Positions 38,908 through 49,588 of a stretch of DNA of 64,000 bases are shown piece after piece. Position 1 is the first letter of the stretch, and every line of letters starts with the position of its first letter. The position numbers were made by a program, and so were the translations under genes. The notes below the pieces were generated by a model. The model was not told where the DNA came from and ran no database searches. It was given only the letters and a program-made list of their open reading frames with translations. Origin of the DNA: a virus. Where the stretch lies: positions 101,610 to 165,609 of IMG/VR virus record IMGVR_UViG_3300025168_000034, one strand, 5' to 3'.

Positions 38908-40854
38908 TTAATAATTTACTACTCGTCCTTTAATATTGTTAGATGGAAATTTTACTTCAAATATCATTGGGTCAAGGCTTGGGTATATAATTCCATTTCT
39001 AGTTGAATCTTGTATGTTGTAAGCAATATTGCTATATCCTAAACTTGAATCATTAAGGTTATTGATTATAACATTTGTTACTGTCTGTACACCAGGTACT
39101 TGCAGAAGTGTGTTGTAAATATCTGTATATTGTATCGGCTGGTTTATTTGCCATTTATCAATATTAAAAAAGTCTTGTACTTTATTAATACAATTAAGCA
39201 GTACTTCGTTTGCATTACGATCTCTCAAGGGTATAATGTCAAAGTTTACTTGTATATTTACAACAAAAGCGTCACGTAAGTTAATGCTGTCAGTCAACAT
39301 TCGGTATTGGGAAAGATATGTTTTAAGATTCTCTTTGATAGCATTGTTTGTTGTCATTAAGCTTTTATTGCTATTATAACCTAACACATACATATTCATT
39401 GCAAGAGGGTTTGACACCGTATCACCTACATCACTTGTTAGTAGGTTATTTTGTTCGTCTGGGGTGATGAAAACTTTGCTAACGCTTCCAAATTTTGGAG
39501 GCATAGTCATCGCTCTTATTAAATAATCGTCTCGCGTTACTGCTCTATTTTGTGTTGAAAGCTGCTTAATGGCGTTTTGTCGAACCTCTTCTAAAGTCTC
39601 TTGCGATCTTCCTCCAACAGCTGGGGTTGGATTGTTGCATGCAATTGAGTTTAACACTGTTGTGTTTAACATTCCAGTGGTTATAGGAAAACTATCAGTA
39701 TTTGTATCTACAGCTGTCAGGTTTGTTATCTGATCACTAGCTATATTTGATTTTATACCTCCTCCAGTCAAATAAGTTACAGTAAGGGTTGTGTTAGATG
39801 GTGCAATACCATAAGCTTTTGTAATTCCAGGTGAGTTGGGATCAATAGCTTGGTCTATATCTATTTTTCCAGTTGGTAAATTCAATCCTATGTTTTCTGG
39901 AGTTGGTAGCAATTCTTCATCTGCTGAGTTACTTATCCCACTACCAAACTGTATCTCAATACCGTCGTCTAGTATTCGTGTAACAAATCGTCGTGGTACT
40001 TTTTTTAGCTTTAGAAGATAAGGAATCTCATCGCTATATACAGCTGCATCTGGATCGTTTAATGCTGTATTGGTTACAGCTTCAAATATTGTGTCTTGAG
40101 CTAAGTATGGAACTTCTGTCCATGTGTTTCCGTCTGAATCTATGATCGAATCTATTCCAATAAAGTTAGGATTGTTTATATCGTTAAAAGGTATTTTGAA
40201 TTTATAAAACTTTTTAACTGAACCTACCTCTTCTTCATATACTTGAGGAGTTGCGGACACAGCTTTAACAGTTTTTTTAGCTAAAAAGTATTCGTAATTT
40301 CCAGTTCCATCTATGCTATAAACTTGAAATTCAATTGGATCGTCTGCTGTATTGATTGAAAAATCAACCGCTTCTTGAACATAAAAATCTACTACATTAG
40401 ATTGGTCTGTACTATTAGCATTGTAAGAGTTCTCGATGAGTTGAGATAGCACAGCTTGAGCTTGCATGCCAGGCTGTATCTTTAAAGCATATCTTGTGTC
40501 TGGGACTGCGTTGTCTCCAGTTCCTGTAGAAGGCATTAGTTGAAACACGTCTAAATCTACAGTAGCAGGAACACTGATTAACGGCTTATATCCCATAGCA
40601 GCTGCGATTGCTAGTACGTTTCTTCTTTCAGTTGCTTGAAGGAGTTGGGATTCTTTAAATTGAGAATCTATATAATAATTTAATGTATCTCCAACATAGG
40701 CTATCAACTCAAGAAACATCATACCAGGCGATGCTTCGTTAAAATCATTAGCTGTGTTAGGGTAGTAGTTTTTGACAAACTCTACCAATCCTTCTTTGAT
40801 CGTATCAAAGTCTCTTCCTAAATATTGTATATTTTTTGATGGCTCTGTTGGCAT
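38908..40854 (-). CDS. gp6: Baseplate wedge protein (T4 gp6-like)
   Basis: RDFDTIK...DFNEASPGMMFLELIAYVGD, IQFGSG, YLTGGG, GGRSQET, QNRAVTRDDY. Confidence 0.9.
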   Translation of the reverse strand: MPTEPSKNIQYLGRDFDTIKEGLVEFVKNYYPNTANDFNEASPGMMFLELIAYVGDTLNYYIDSQFKESQLLQATERRNVLAIAAAMGYKPLISVPATVDLDVFQLMPSTGTGDNAVPDTRYALKIQPGMQAQAVLSQLIENSYNANSTDQSNVVDFYVQEAVDFSINTADDPIEFQVYSIDGTGNYEYFLAKKTVKAVSATPQVYEEEVGSVKKFYKFKIPFNDINNPNFIGIDSIIDSDGNTWTEVPYLAQDTIFEAVTNTALNDPDAAVYSDEIPYLLKLKKVPRRFVTRILDDGIEIQFGSGISNSADEELLPTPENIGLNLPTGKIDIDQAIDPNSPGITKAYGIAPSNTTLTVTYLTGGGIKSNIASDQITNLTAVDTNTDSFPITTGMLNTTVLNSIACNNPTPAVGGRSQETLEEVRQNAIKQLSTQNRAVTRDDYLIRAMTMPPKFGSVSKVFITPDEQNNLLTSDVGDTVSNPLAMNMYVLGYNSNKSLMTTNNAIKENLKTYLSQYRMLTDSINLRDAFVVNIQVNFDIIPLRDRNANEVLLNCINKVQDFFNIDKWQINQPIQYTDIYNTLLQVPGVQTVTNVIINNLNDSSLGYSNIAYNIQDSTRNGIIYPSLDPMIFEVKFPSNNIKGRVVNY

Positions 40855-40856
40855 GC

Positions 40857-41300
40857 TTAGTAGTTTGTTGGTGTTTCACTATCATTATCAAACGTAACAT
40901 CTATCTGTCTTGTATCGAATTCGTTTCCAATTAAATTTATACTTAATGAAATGCCTAATAAGTTTGGATTAGTTTCTGATCTTAATACTTCTAGTTTTTG
41001 AATATTAATATACGGCAATTGCACCTTAAAACTCTCACGAATTAATTCATCTATTTCTTCTACAAATTCATCTGTATTATTGTTAAATAAAACTCCTCGC
41101 AAATTACAACCAAAAGTTGGACGCATAGGTCTTTCGCCATGGTTGGTGAGTAGTAGATTTTTAGCATTAGCCACCGCTTGATCTAGTGATGTGTAATTTA
41201 GAGCAAAACCAGACCCGCGGGATGAATTCATAGGTAAATCAAAACCTATTGCTACATCTCGTTCAAAATCTAATGCTGGTTGGTTTATCTCTATTGCCAT
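40857..41300 (-). CDS. gp25: Baseplate wedge protein (gp25-like)
   Basis: KNLLLTNHGERPMRPTFGCNL. Confidence 0.9.
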   Translation of the reverse strand: MAIEINQPALDFERDVAIGFDLPMNSSRGSGFALNYTSLDQAVANAKNLLLTNHGERPMRPTFGCNLRGVLFNNNTDEFVEEIDELIRESFKVQLPYINIQKLEVLRSETNPNLLGISLSINLIGNEFDTRQIDVTFDNDSETPTNY

Positions 41301-41734
41301 TATCTATTATACTTTTTATCGTGTATTGCTTCTGCTGACTTCATAATTGATGAGTAGTCTTTAACAAAAGCGTCTGTTCCAGATGGAGGCATAGCTGTCT
41401 GTTGGCTAGCCATGTGTCCAAATCCTTGCGCTTGATCAGCTGTAAATTGTGGTGCCATTTCTGGATATGCTCCATCATCACCAAGTGGAGCTGCTTGACC
41501 ATTTCTCATGGCATTTGCAGTTTCCATTAATATTCCATCCAAACTAGCATTTCCAGTCTTGTGAATTGGTTGCTGAGTTACTGGAGCGTGTGTGGTGCTA
41601 TGTATATCATTAGCGCGCTCTTTGATTGGTTGTTTGTTTGTTTTTAGTGCTTCTCGTAACTCTTGTCGTATAACCGTTCGCACTTCCTTTCTGATAATCT
41701 CCTTTAGGAGTTTTGCAAAATCTATTGCTTTCAT
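41300..41734 (-). CDS. Hypothetical late protein
   Basis: LLKEIIRKEVRTVIRQELRE leader; late motif at 41753-41760. Confidence 0.6.
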   Translation of the reverse strand: MKAIDFAKLLKEIIRKEVRTVIRQELREALKTNKQPIKERANDIHSTTHAPVTQQPIHKTGNASLDGILMETANAMRNGQAAPLGDDGAYPEMAPQFTADQAQGFGHMASQQTAMPPSGTDAFVKDYSSIMKSAEAIHDKKYNR

Positions 41735-41769
41735 AATAATAGTGTTGTTTTATATAAATAGGCAAGTTT

Positions 41770-44700
41770 TTATTTATATCCAGTAAATGGAAACGGAGGA
41801 ATTCCAGTTGCTGGATTAGGGATACATAATCCTTGCATTTGTGTTAATTGTGATTCAAAGTTTTTTGCTAACTCTCTTACTGATGGAGCTGTTCCCTCTA
41901 ATCGTCCATCAATTCTTAGTTTTTTAAACGGTGGAATAGTGATTACTTGAAAAGTCGCTCCAGTTGTATTTGTCCACACAGCTCCAGTCCAAAACAATAA
42001 TGACGCTATGTTGTAAGTTATAGATTGAGGAATTAAGTCGTTTTGTAGTTTCTTTTTGAGGATAGCTTGCAGTCGATCTTCGTATTGCTTTTTTTCTTTA
42101 TCAACTCTTCCTTTGACTTCTTTTTTTATAAAAGAAACAACTTTATCTATTTGTGTACGTACAAACACCTCAAAGCGTTCGAGTAGTTCTGTTATTTTTT
42201 CTATTAAAAATATTACAAACGAACCTCTGCCTTCATTTAGAATTTTATACATATCTCGTAGCACTTTGTACATTTTATTATCAGCAAGCTTTTCTCTTGC
42301 GGCTTGCAATTTTCTTTCCTTTGCCTCTTGCTTGTTTTTAAAACTGCTAGTAATCAGTCCTTCGTTAGTTCGATCTTCTTCCTTCTGCTCCTCTTCTTCA
42401 GGCTCTACAGCTCCTATCATTTGAGCTAGTAACTTTTTGACTTTTATTAAATATTTTTGTTCTAAATTCATTAGAGGTGGGCCAAAGGATACTGGTTTAA
42501 TCACCTCACTTAACAATCGTCCTTTAAGTTCAGTTTTCATATCTGTTATAGTAGCAATAAGTCCTTTTGGATTATTAGTTGGTCCTTCTATAAAATTTCT
42601 AAGAATTTCAAACGATTTATCAACTCCGCTTTGCGCTGCACCAGTTAAATCAATCTGTGGTTGATTTTGGATTCTTTTCACTAATAATTCTAAATCACGT
42701 TTGAGTTCTTCAACAAAATTTGTTGGTCCATTTGCAATTTTAGTAGGATTATCTTTCAAACCTTTAAGAGTTAGAGTTGCAATAGATACCAATGTTTCAA
42801 TTTGTTTTAAAGTAGTAATTTCTTTTAAAAAACGCTTTTTGTCATCTTCTTGTTTTTTGTATGTAGCACTTTTAGCATCTACACCTACAGTAAAGAATTG
42901 GAATTTGGCATTAGCAATTTTTTGCAGAGGTTGTTCGTTTGAGGCGGAAGAAAAATCCTTTCCTGCTAGATTCTGTCCTATTAATACTGCGTTAGATGCT
43001 AGTAATGCACTTGCTTGTATTTTTTGTTTTGTTTGTTGTAATTTTACTTTATACTGCTTGATTGTTTCTTTTTTTTCTTCTATTGCAGCTCTTCTAGTTT
43101 CAACATCTTTTAACTCTTCTGGAATAGGTAGTGAGTTGATTATTGCAATTTCAATTTGTTTTGCTAGCACCTTTGCTTTTGCTATCTGCTCGTTAGCGAA
43201 TTTTTCGGCTCGTTGCAGTTGTTTGTTCATAAAAATTTTTAGACGTAGCAATAATACATCTAGCTTTTGTAAAACAGTTATAAGTGTGTTTCTAGCTCTA
43301 CGCTCTCTTTTAGTTTTTGTTCGTGCTGGTCTTTGTTTTTTGGGGAGGTTTTGTAACTCTCTTACTGCGTTTTCAATTTTTATAAACTGATCTTCTAACG
43401 AAAATATTTTATCCTCATATTGATCGTATTTGTTATCTGTTTTTTCTAGCAATTTTCTTATATCGATAAAATCAATTGTCAAAGATCCTACCGCTGCATT
43501 TATTGGTTGGTAAACTTGCTCAAGTCCACGTTTTGTTAGATAAGATCTCAATCGACCTGATGTATTTGAGCCAGACAAACTTATACTCTTAACCTCTTCA
43601 ACATCGTTTTTAGTACGTTCTGCTATTGTTTTAAACTCTGTCTTTAGGGTTTCAACTTCATTTATAACATCTTCTGTCAATTTTGTACCTGCTGCTAATA
43701 TTGCGGTTCCTTCCTTTGCTATGGTTGCTACTAGCTTTATTGTTTTTTTAGCCTTAATAATATTAGCTTCATTTTCTTTTTTTAACCGCTTGGCATCGTC
43801 TATATATTTTTCAAACAACTTCACTCTCTCAGACTTCAGCTTTTTTCCAGTTATTTCACTAGCTTTTTTAGCAATTGCTTCTTTTTGTGCATCAAGTTGT
43901 TTGTTAATTCTAGTCTTTATGTTTGTTTTTTGGATTTCTATTTTTTTCTTTAATACTGCTATTTGAGGCTCTACAATAAATTTAATAAACTTAATAGCTT
44001 CTACAGCTTGATCAGCTTGTCTTAGTCTTTTTTTTGTAGCTTCAGTTATATATGATTTGTCAGCTATAAATTCAGTCATAATATCACTAAAGCTCTCAGG
44101 CTCTATTAATGATGTTACAATTTTTACAATTTTTTGAGCTGCTGTTGATAGTCGTTTTTTTATATATCTTTTAGTTTCGTTTTCGTTAGACGCTACACGA
44201 TTAGCTTTCTCTATATACTGCGTAACAGTTAAAATATTATTGAAGGTTTGACGAATTTCATCAATTGAGCTAGCTTTAAATTCTAGATTTTTTAAGGTTT
44301 CTATCACGGCATACTCTTCTGGAAAGGTGTCTTTGAAGCTAACATTAACATCAATGTCGGATGCGGCAATTTGTTCTATCTCGTCAACGACTTTTAGTAA
44401 ATCTGCTTTATATGATGCATACATTTCTTTAGCAGTATCACCCAATTCTTTTATGTAGATTGGAAGTTCTTTCACTTTTTGAGTTAAAGTCTTAATCAGA
44501 GTTATCTGACCTTGTATTAATTCTTTTTGATACTTTGCTTTTCTTATAATACCCTCTAATGCTCTCTTTTTCTGTTCTAAATTTCCTTTTTGTAATATTA
44601 GTTCTTTTGTATTGAAATAAGCAAACACAGCTCTATTAAACTTTTGCTTACTAACATCGTTAAACGGTAATCGAAAGCTGTCACCGGTACCGGTTCCTAC

Positions 44701-44889
44701 TGGAGCAGGGGCTCCGGATGCTGCTGGTGCTGGAAGTGTTGGTGGTATTCCTATTGGTGCTCCTTTTTCTATTGTTCGCACATAATACTTAGTTACACCA
44801 TTTGCAAAATCCTCAACGTCTTTAAAGCTGCCGTTTTGCAGATCTTTTAATAAAGGCTGGACAAAATCTAGTTCAAAGTTAATTGGCAT
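41770..44889 (-). CDS. Long coiled-coil protein in the baseplate-spike cluster
   Basis: 1039 aa; K/E/I/L-rich helical core with Pro-rich termini. Confidence 0.65.
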   Translation of the reverse strand: MPINFELDFVQPLLKDLQNGSFKDVEDFANGVTKYYVRTIEKGAPIGIPPTLPAPAASGAPAPVGTGTGDSFRLPFNDVSKQKFNRAVFAYFNTKELILQKGNLEQKKRALEGIIRKAKYQKELIQGQITLIKTLTQKVKELPIYIKELGDTAKEMYASYKADLLKVVDEIEQIAASDIDVNVSFKDTFPEEYAVIETLKNLEFKASSIDEIRQTFNNILTVTQYIEKANRVASNENETKRYIKKRLSTAAQKIVKIVTSLIEPESFSDIMTEFIADKSYITEATKKRLRQADQAVEAIKFIKFIVEPQIAVLKKKIEIQKTNIKTRINKQLDAQKEAIAKKASEITGKKLKSERVKLFEKYIDDAKRLKKENEANIIKAKKTIKLVATIAKEGTAILAAGTKLTEDVINEVETLKTEFKTIAERTKNDVEEVKSISLSGSNTSGRLRSYLTKRGLEQVYQPINAAVGSLTIDFIDIRKLLEKTDNKYDQYEDKIFSLEDQFIKIENAVRELQNLPKKQRPARTKTKRERRARNTLITVLQKLDVLLLRLKIFMNKQLQRAEKFANEQIAKAKVLAKQIEIAIINSLPIPEELKDVETRRAAIEEKKETIKQYKVKLQQTKQKIQASALLASNAVLIGQNLAGKDFSSASNEQPLQKIANAKFQFFTVGVDAKSATYKKQEDDKKRFLKEITTLKQIETLVSIATLTLKGLKDNPTKIANGPTNFVEELKRDLELLVKRIQNQPQIDLTGAAQSGVDKSFEILRNFIEGPTNNPKGLIATITDMKTELKGRLLSEVIKPVSFGPPLMNLEQKYLIKVKKLLAQMIGAVEPEEEEQKEEDRTNEGLITSSFKNKQEAKERKLQAAREKLADNKMYKVLRDMYKILNEGRGSFVIFLIEKITELLERFEVFVRTQIDKVVSFIKKEVKGRVDKEKKQYEDRLQAILKKKLQNDLIPQSITYNIASLLFWTGAVWTNTTGATFQVITIPPFKKLRIDGRLEGTAPSVRELAKNFESQLTQMQGLCIPNPATGIPPFPFTGYK

Positions 44890-46310
44890 TATATTGGTAT
44901 ATTATCTAGTCCAAGATCTGAGTACCACAACTTTGTACACTTGGCTTTTGGTCCTTTCAATGCCATTTGAGGTCTATATTCAAAGTGCCATTCCTCCGAG
45001 TTTACTGTTCTTATAAATCCAAATTTATGAGCATTAAACGCTAACCATTTATAAACAGCTACATTAAGAGATCCTCCAAATCCGGTACGAGAGCCGGTGT
45101 TAAAATCTAAAGAGATTCCACTACCATGGTTTGATCTTCCTGGAGGAGCAGTTGCTGCAATGAATGCACCTGACGTAGCATACCATATAAAAGCCTCTTT
45201 GCCGCTTTTTGGACCAAACAATCCGCTAGCGCCTACACTTCCATTATTGGTTACGTATTTTGTCCAGTGTGGGTGGAGTGGTTTAGTTACGGTTTTACCT
45301 TTACTATTTTTATATGTTGAGCCATCCTTCCATCTACCAGGATCTCTTCTTAAACTTTCTTGTGTTGTAAATTTACCATTTACTCCACTATCTGATACCC
45401 ATTTTACACTTGGACCTGCTGCCGGTCGGAAACCTGAGTTGCACGTCAAGGTTACACCTGCTGCTTTTGCAGCTACATTCATTCTTTGGAATGCTGTAAT
45501 GGTTTCCTTAGTTCCAGATTGTTTGTTTATTCGATATAATATACTGAAAGCCTTTCCGTTATTGTCTTGTACCGATGAGCCACCTAATCTTATTGGATCC
45601 AAGTCTCCAGATACTGGATCTTTTGCTGCTTGAATTGCTGAAGATTTTAGTTGAATTGCTGATGCTGGTATTGCTGTTTGTTGGAATCTATTTACTAGAT
45701 TAATAATAGCTGTTGTGCTAGTTGCTTGCTCTTTTGTTTGCTTAAATCCTATGTAGTATAATCCAACATTTCCATAGAAAGTTAAGCCATATAGTAGAGC
45801 ATTGTTTTGTAACCATTTTTTTATTGCACCATCATACTCTTCAATCATAATAATACGACCATGTCGTCTTGGGTCTAAGTCTGTTGTGTTGGGTACACTA
45901 TACACATTTGCAGGAGCTGCGCTTCCGCTTGCTGCAGATTTGAAAGGAACAGCTAGTGGTGGATCAAACGCTCCTTTTGCTTTAGTGACACAATCGTTAA
46001 TATACGTTTCTAGTTTTGAGTAGTCCGATCCTTGTGCAATCTCCAACATCTCTTTTGCTGGATCTAATAATGGGGACAATGCAGCATCAAAACTCTCCAC
46101 TCCTGGAGGTGCTGCTGTTTTAAACTCATCTCGCAGTTTTTTGCGGAGATCATCAACTACCTCAAACTTTGATAAGTAGCTTGGTTGCAGCACCAACTCT
46201 TTTGTAGTGCTTTCTCGTAGTTTTGCATTTAGTGCTTGAAAATAGTCATATGCTTCTCTAAATACTACATTATCTCCAAATTGTGCTAATTTTCCTTCTA
46301 ATGATGCCAT
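44889..46310 (-). CDS. M15-family (VanY-like) D,D-peptidase, virion-associated peptidoglycan hydrolase
   Basis: NSGFR, APPGRSNHGSGISLDF (SxHxxGxxxD), WLAFNAHKFGF, EEWHFEY. Confidence 0.85.
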   Translation of the reverse strand: MASLEGKLAQFGDNVVFREAYDYFQALNAKLRESTTKELVLQPSYLSKFEVVDDLRKKLRDEFKTAAPPGVESFDAALSPLLDPAKEMLEIAQGSDYSKLETYINDCVTKAKGAFDPPLAVPFKSAASGSAAPANVYSVPNTTDLDPRRHGRIIMIEEYDGAIKKWLQNNALLYGLTFYGNVGLYYIGFKQTKEQATSTTAIINLVNRFQQTAIPASAIQLKSSAIQAAKDPVSGDLDPIRLGGSSVQDNNGKAFSILYRINKQSGTKETITAFQRMNVAAKAAGVTLTCNSGFRPAAGPSVKWVSDSGVNGKFTTQESLRRDPGRWKDGSTYKNSKGKTVTKPLHPHWTKYVTNNGSVGASGLFGPKSGKEAFIWYATSGAFIAATAPPGRSNHGSGISLDFNTGSRTGFGGSLNVAVYKWLAFNAHKFGFIRTVNSEEWHFEYRPQMALKGPKAKCTKLWYSDLGLDNIPI

Positions 46311-46314
46311 AATA

Positions 46315-47271
46315 TTAACTTAATTCATCTCCATACAGTGGTGATGCAGGTGTATCGTAAAATCCTGGAACTGCTGCCATTGGGTTAGTTACTGGATTTG
46401 GTGGTGGTCCTGCTTGTCCAGGTCCTCCAGGTCCAACTGTACCCGTAGTTACTCCAGTTAAAGTTCTTGGTGGAACATAATCTTTAGCTTTTTCTTTGGC
46501 TGCTTTTACAGTCTTCAATCTCTCTGCATCAACTGTTCCATGAGTTAAACCGTCTATATATCCATATTCACTTATGATTTCAGGTAATCTAGTTTTTAAT
46601 AACTCAAACTCTGCCAAAGATGATGGTTGAAATACTCCATTACCTAATGGTCCAGCTATTTCTGAATTTTCTAGGGTTACAATAAAGTCTTCTAGAAAAT
46701 TAATAAGTTTAATGCCTAAGGCTAAAGGCTCGTATAATTCGTCTGGTGTTGGATCTCCTACCGACTTTCCTGGATCTCTTGCTTTGCTCAAGTCTTCGGT
46801 TATTTCCTTGCCTCGATTAGGAACACCTATAAACACCTGCTCATGACCAAATAATGTTATAGCTTTTCCAGAATCAACATTAACTGCTTCTGGTGATGCT
46901 ATTGCTACTCCTTTTTTTCCAAACATCATTGCGTAATCGTCTTTAGCGTTTATAACAACACGACTACTGTTTAAAAATATGCTACCGCCAACTGCTCCAG
47001 GAGCGTATGTATTAAAGCTTCGTTCGTTTATTCCAAGAAGCTTTTCTACATCTTGCGCTGTTCCTTTGACTTTTAGATCGAAGGTTGTGTCAGATTCTTC
47101 AGCAAAGGAAAGAGCCATTACTTCGTCTTGATACTTACCTATATCAATAGTCGTCTTTCCGGTGAATTGTTGACCAGGTTGTGGTGCTGTCACGGTAGCT
47201 GCTATGGCAGGAGGCAGTCCTCCATTTTGAGCGACAATCTGCTTTATCTGATCGTAAGTGTATACTGCCAT
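46315..47271 (-). CDS. Baseplate spike (gp5-like), C-terminal beta-strand part
   Basis: IFLNSSRVVINAKDD...IASPEAVNVDSGKAITL...EPLALGIKL. Confidence 0.55.
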   Translation of the reverse strand: MAVYTYDQIKQIVAQNGGLPPAIAATVTAPQPGQQFTGKTTIDIGKYQDEVMALSFAEESDTTFDLKVKGTAQDVEKLLGINERSFNTYAPGAVGGSIFLNSSRVVINAKDDYAMMFGKKGVAIASPEAVNVDSGKAITLFGHEQVFIGVPNRGKEITEDLSKARDPGKSVGDPTPDELYEPLALGIKLINFLEDFIVTLENSEIAGPLGNGVFQPSSLAEFELLKTRLPEIISEYGYIDGLTHGTVDAERLKTVKAAKEKAKDYVPPRTLTGVTTGTVGPGGPGQAGPPPNPVTNPMAAVPGFYDTPASPLYGDELS

Positions 47272-48407
47272 TAGTCTCCTATTTCGAGTTTGAATTGAGC
47301 AGCTAACGCAGCTGCCATTGCTTTCATTCTAGCTCCACATTTGGGTGAGTATTGAAATTCATTTGCTCCATTATTGTGAACGCGCTCATTTATTATGATT
47401 AGCATATTAACAAGCGATTTTGGATTCTTGAAAAATCTATCAAACCACCCCTGATAAAAATCTTTGTTTTCGTTTGTTTTTTGTGCTTGTATCCATTTGT
47501 ATTGTGCTTGTATAGCTGCTACGCAACATCCTATACTCTTTACATCATGAGATGTAGGACTATCATTAAATGTAAACTTATTTGAATCAAATGGAAAGAT
47601 ACTAAACGATTTTTTTTCTTCTGCTTGGATACCTCTTTTAATTAAAGCAGTATCACCTCCATTCCAACCAATCATCATATTAAAATAACCCAAATATGAA
47701 TTTAGATTAGCACCTGTCAGTATTGGACGTCCTAGTGTGGGATTGTTTCCGTATTGGCTAATCCACCAAACCTTTGCTGCTTGTTCGGTTGTAAACACTT
47801 CTTGCAGAAATGCTTTAGTTTTGGATTGATCTACATCTCCTGCATTACTAGATGTTCCTGACTTATTATCAAACGCTGTCTTAGGCGTGTATCGTGTGTA
47901 AGACTTGGTCCACATCATTATTTCAGTATACGCTTGTGTAAGGTCACTAAAGTATCCTGCTTCTAAAGGTGCAAAAGCAAAGTCTAATTTTCTAGCATAA
48001 GGTTTTCCACGACCACTGCTGTGCATCTTCATCACAGTTTTCATAGCAATTCCTCTCATAGAGGTCAGCTCCTTTGCTGTTGGATGATCTACTAATGCCA
48101 CATCAACTTCCTTAATACTAGGCCACCAAACTCCATCAACAATTTTCCACATTGTATCTGGATCAATTCCGTTTATATCTTCTGTTTGGTACCTTGCTTT
48201 ATTCTTTGCAATAATTTCTTGGATTCTTGTGTTTAGAACATCCTTAGCAGTTGCAGGTCCCGCTCTTAACACTTTTAAATAATCTGCCCATAAGGTAGAA
48301 TTAGTTCCAGCTACAATACGAATCACATGAGCACGCGCAAGCTCATCACCCTTCTCAGTTATGAGTCCGTTAAACTTATCAATTGTATCTTTTGGTATTG
48401 CTCCCAT
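47271..48407 (-). CDS. Putative divergent GH108-like peptidoglycan hydrolase
   Basis: E-x6-DHP...TSMRGIAMKT resembles the GH108 N-terminal motif; ENKDFYQGWFDR resembles the FxxGWxxR PG-binding motif. Confidence 0.45.
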   Translation of the reverse strand: MGAIPKDTIDKFNGLITEKGDELARAHVIRIVAGTNSTLWADYLKVLRAGPATAKDVLNTRIQEIIAKNKARYQTEDINGIDPDTMWKIVDGVWWPSIKEVDVALVDHPTAKELTSMRGIAMKTVMKMHSSGRGKPYARKLDFAFAPLEAGYFSDLTQAYTEIMMWTKSYTRYTPKTAFDNKSGTSSNAGDVDQSKTKAFLQEVFTTEQAAKVWWISQYGNNPTLGRPILTGANLNSYLGYFNMMIGWNGGDTALIKRGIQAEEKKSFSIFPFDSNKFTFNDSPTSHDVKSIGCCVAAIQAQYKWIQAQKTNENKDFYQGWFDRFFKNPKSLVNMLIIINERVHNNGANEFQYSPKCGARMKAMAAALAAQFKLEIGD

Positions 48408-48409
48408 AA

Positions 48410-49585
48410 TTAATCTTGTGCTCCACTTAAACCAGTTTGACCTTGTGTATAGAATCCGTTGTATCCTTCGCTAGCTGGGTCATTTGATTCTCCATCTGAA
48501 ATTGGTGTTTCGTCTTGAGAAGTTGTATCGTCTGGTGATGGTTGTTCTGAGGGTGGCTCTTCGTTTACTTTAACATCCTCGCCCTTGTTTCCTTCCTTCG
48601 GTGCTGTTTTATTTGCTCCACTCCTAGCATCCTCTCCATCCTTAGCTTTGTTAGCAGTTTTTTTGACATCAGTGGAAAGCTCAATACCATATGTATTAGC
48701 CCAAGAAGCTAATGGATGAGCTAAATCATTTCCATCAGGTAAGGCTAATTTTATTGGTATTTGTTGTGTAGAAGTTAAGTACATTGAAGTTGCATCAACA
48801 TTAACATCTTCTGATTGGTATGATTTGTTTTCACTCTCAGACGCTGTGTTTTTATCATTATCTACTCGCATAAGGATAATAGGATCTCCAGGCACTCCAG
48901 CTTCTGTTTGAGCAAATTGTTGCTCTTTTATTACCTTAGTAAGGTTTGCAGGGTCGGGTGTTCCTGCAAATCTGATACTTCCTCCAAACCGACCTTGCAA
49001 TACAAAATCACCCTCATTCAATGCTACTTGCTTATGTACAATAGATTTGTTTTGGTTGTTTTTAAATGCGCCTAAACTTTTAATTTTTTTATCAAATCTG
49101 CGAGACAACTCTCCTACTGTTCTCTGTCCTGGAAGGAATGGATTAATCCTATCAGGATCAATTCCAATAAATGGTGCAGAGTTTGATGTGATGTTAGCAC
49201 TAGTACCAACTACTGGACCGTAGAAGGTTTCTGTAGTCATGAATACGTCAGGGCCATCAAGTTTGCTTGATTTAGCATCAAAGATTAAAACCTGCTCTCC
49301 CGGTAACGGTACTTTAAAATTACTACGATCGAGCGGATTTGCTTGTCGTGCTAACAAAGCTTCCATGAAACTAAAAGAAGTTCCTCCAGGTGACGCAAAA
49401 GCGTTTCGATAAAATACAGTACCTATTATTCTGTTTTGATCTGGATCATAGGAGGGGTGATTTTCATTTAGGATAACATCCAACACATGACCCACTCCAG
49501 ACCGATTAAATGGTAAATACGGTTGAGGTGGTACTGGTGCTGGCGATGCTTTAAGAGCGCCAAATAATCCGCTGAAAAATCCCAT
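48410..49585 (-). CDS. Baseplate hub/spike (gp5-like), N-terminal OB-fold part
   Basis: VPLPGEQVLI, EGDFVLQGRFGGSIRF, GDPIILM, EDVNVDATSMYLTSTQQIP. Confidence 0.6.
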   Translation of the reverse strand: MGFFSGLFGALKASPAPVPPQPYLPFNRSGVGHVLDVILNENHPSYDPDQNRIIGTVFYRNAFASPGGTSFSFMEALLARQANPLDRSNFKVPLPGEQVLIFDAKSSKLDGPDVFMTTETFYGPVVGTSANITSNSAPFIGIDPDRINPFLPGQRTVGELSRRFDKKIKSLGAFKNNQNKSIVHKQVALNEGDFVLQGRFGGSIRFAGTPDPANLTKVIKEQQFAQTEAGVPGDPIILMRVDNDKNTASESENKSYQSEDVNVDATSMYLTSTQQIPIKLALPDGNDLAHPLASWANTYGIELSTDVKKTANKAKDGEDARSGANKTAPKEGNKGEDVKVNEEPPSEQPSPDDTTSQDETPISDGESNDPASEGYNGFYTQGQTGLSGAQD

Positions 49586-49588
49586 ATT

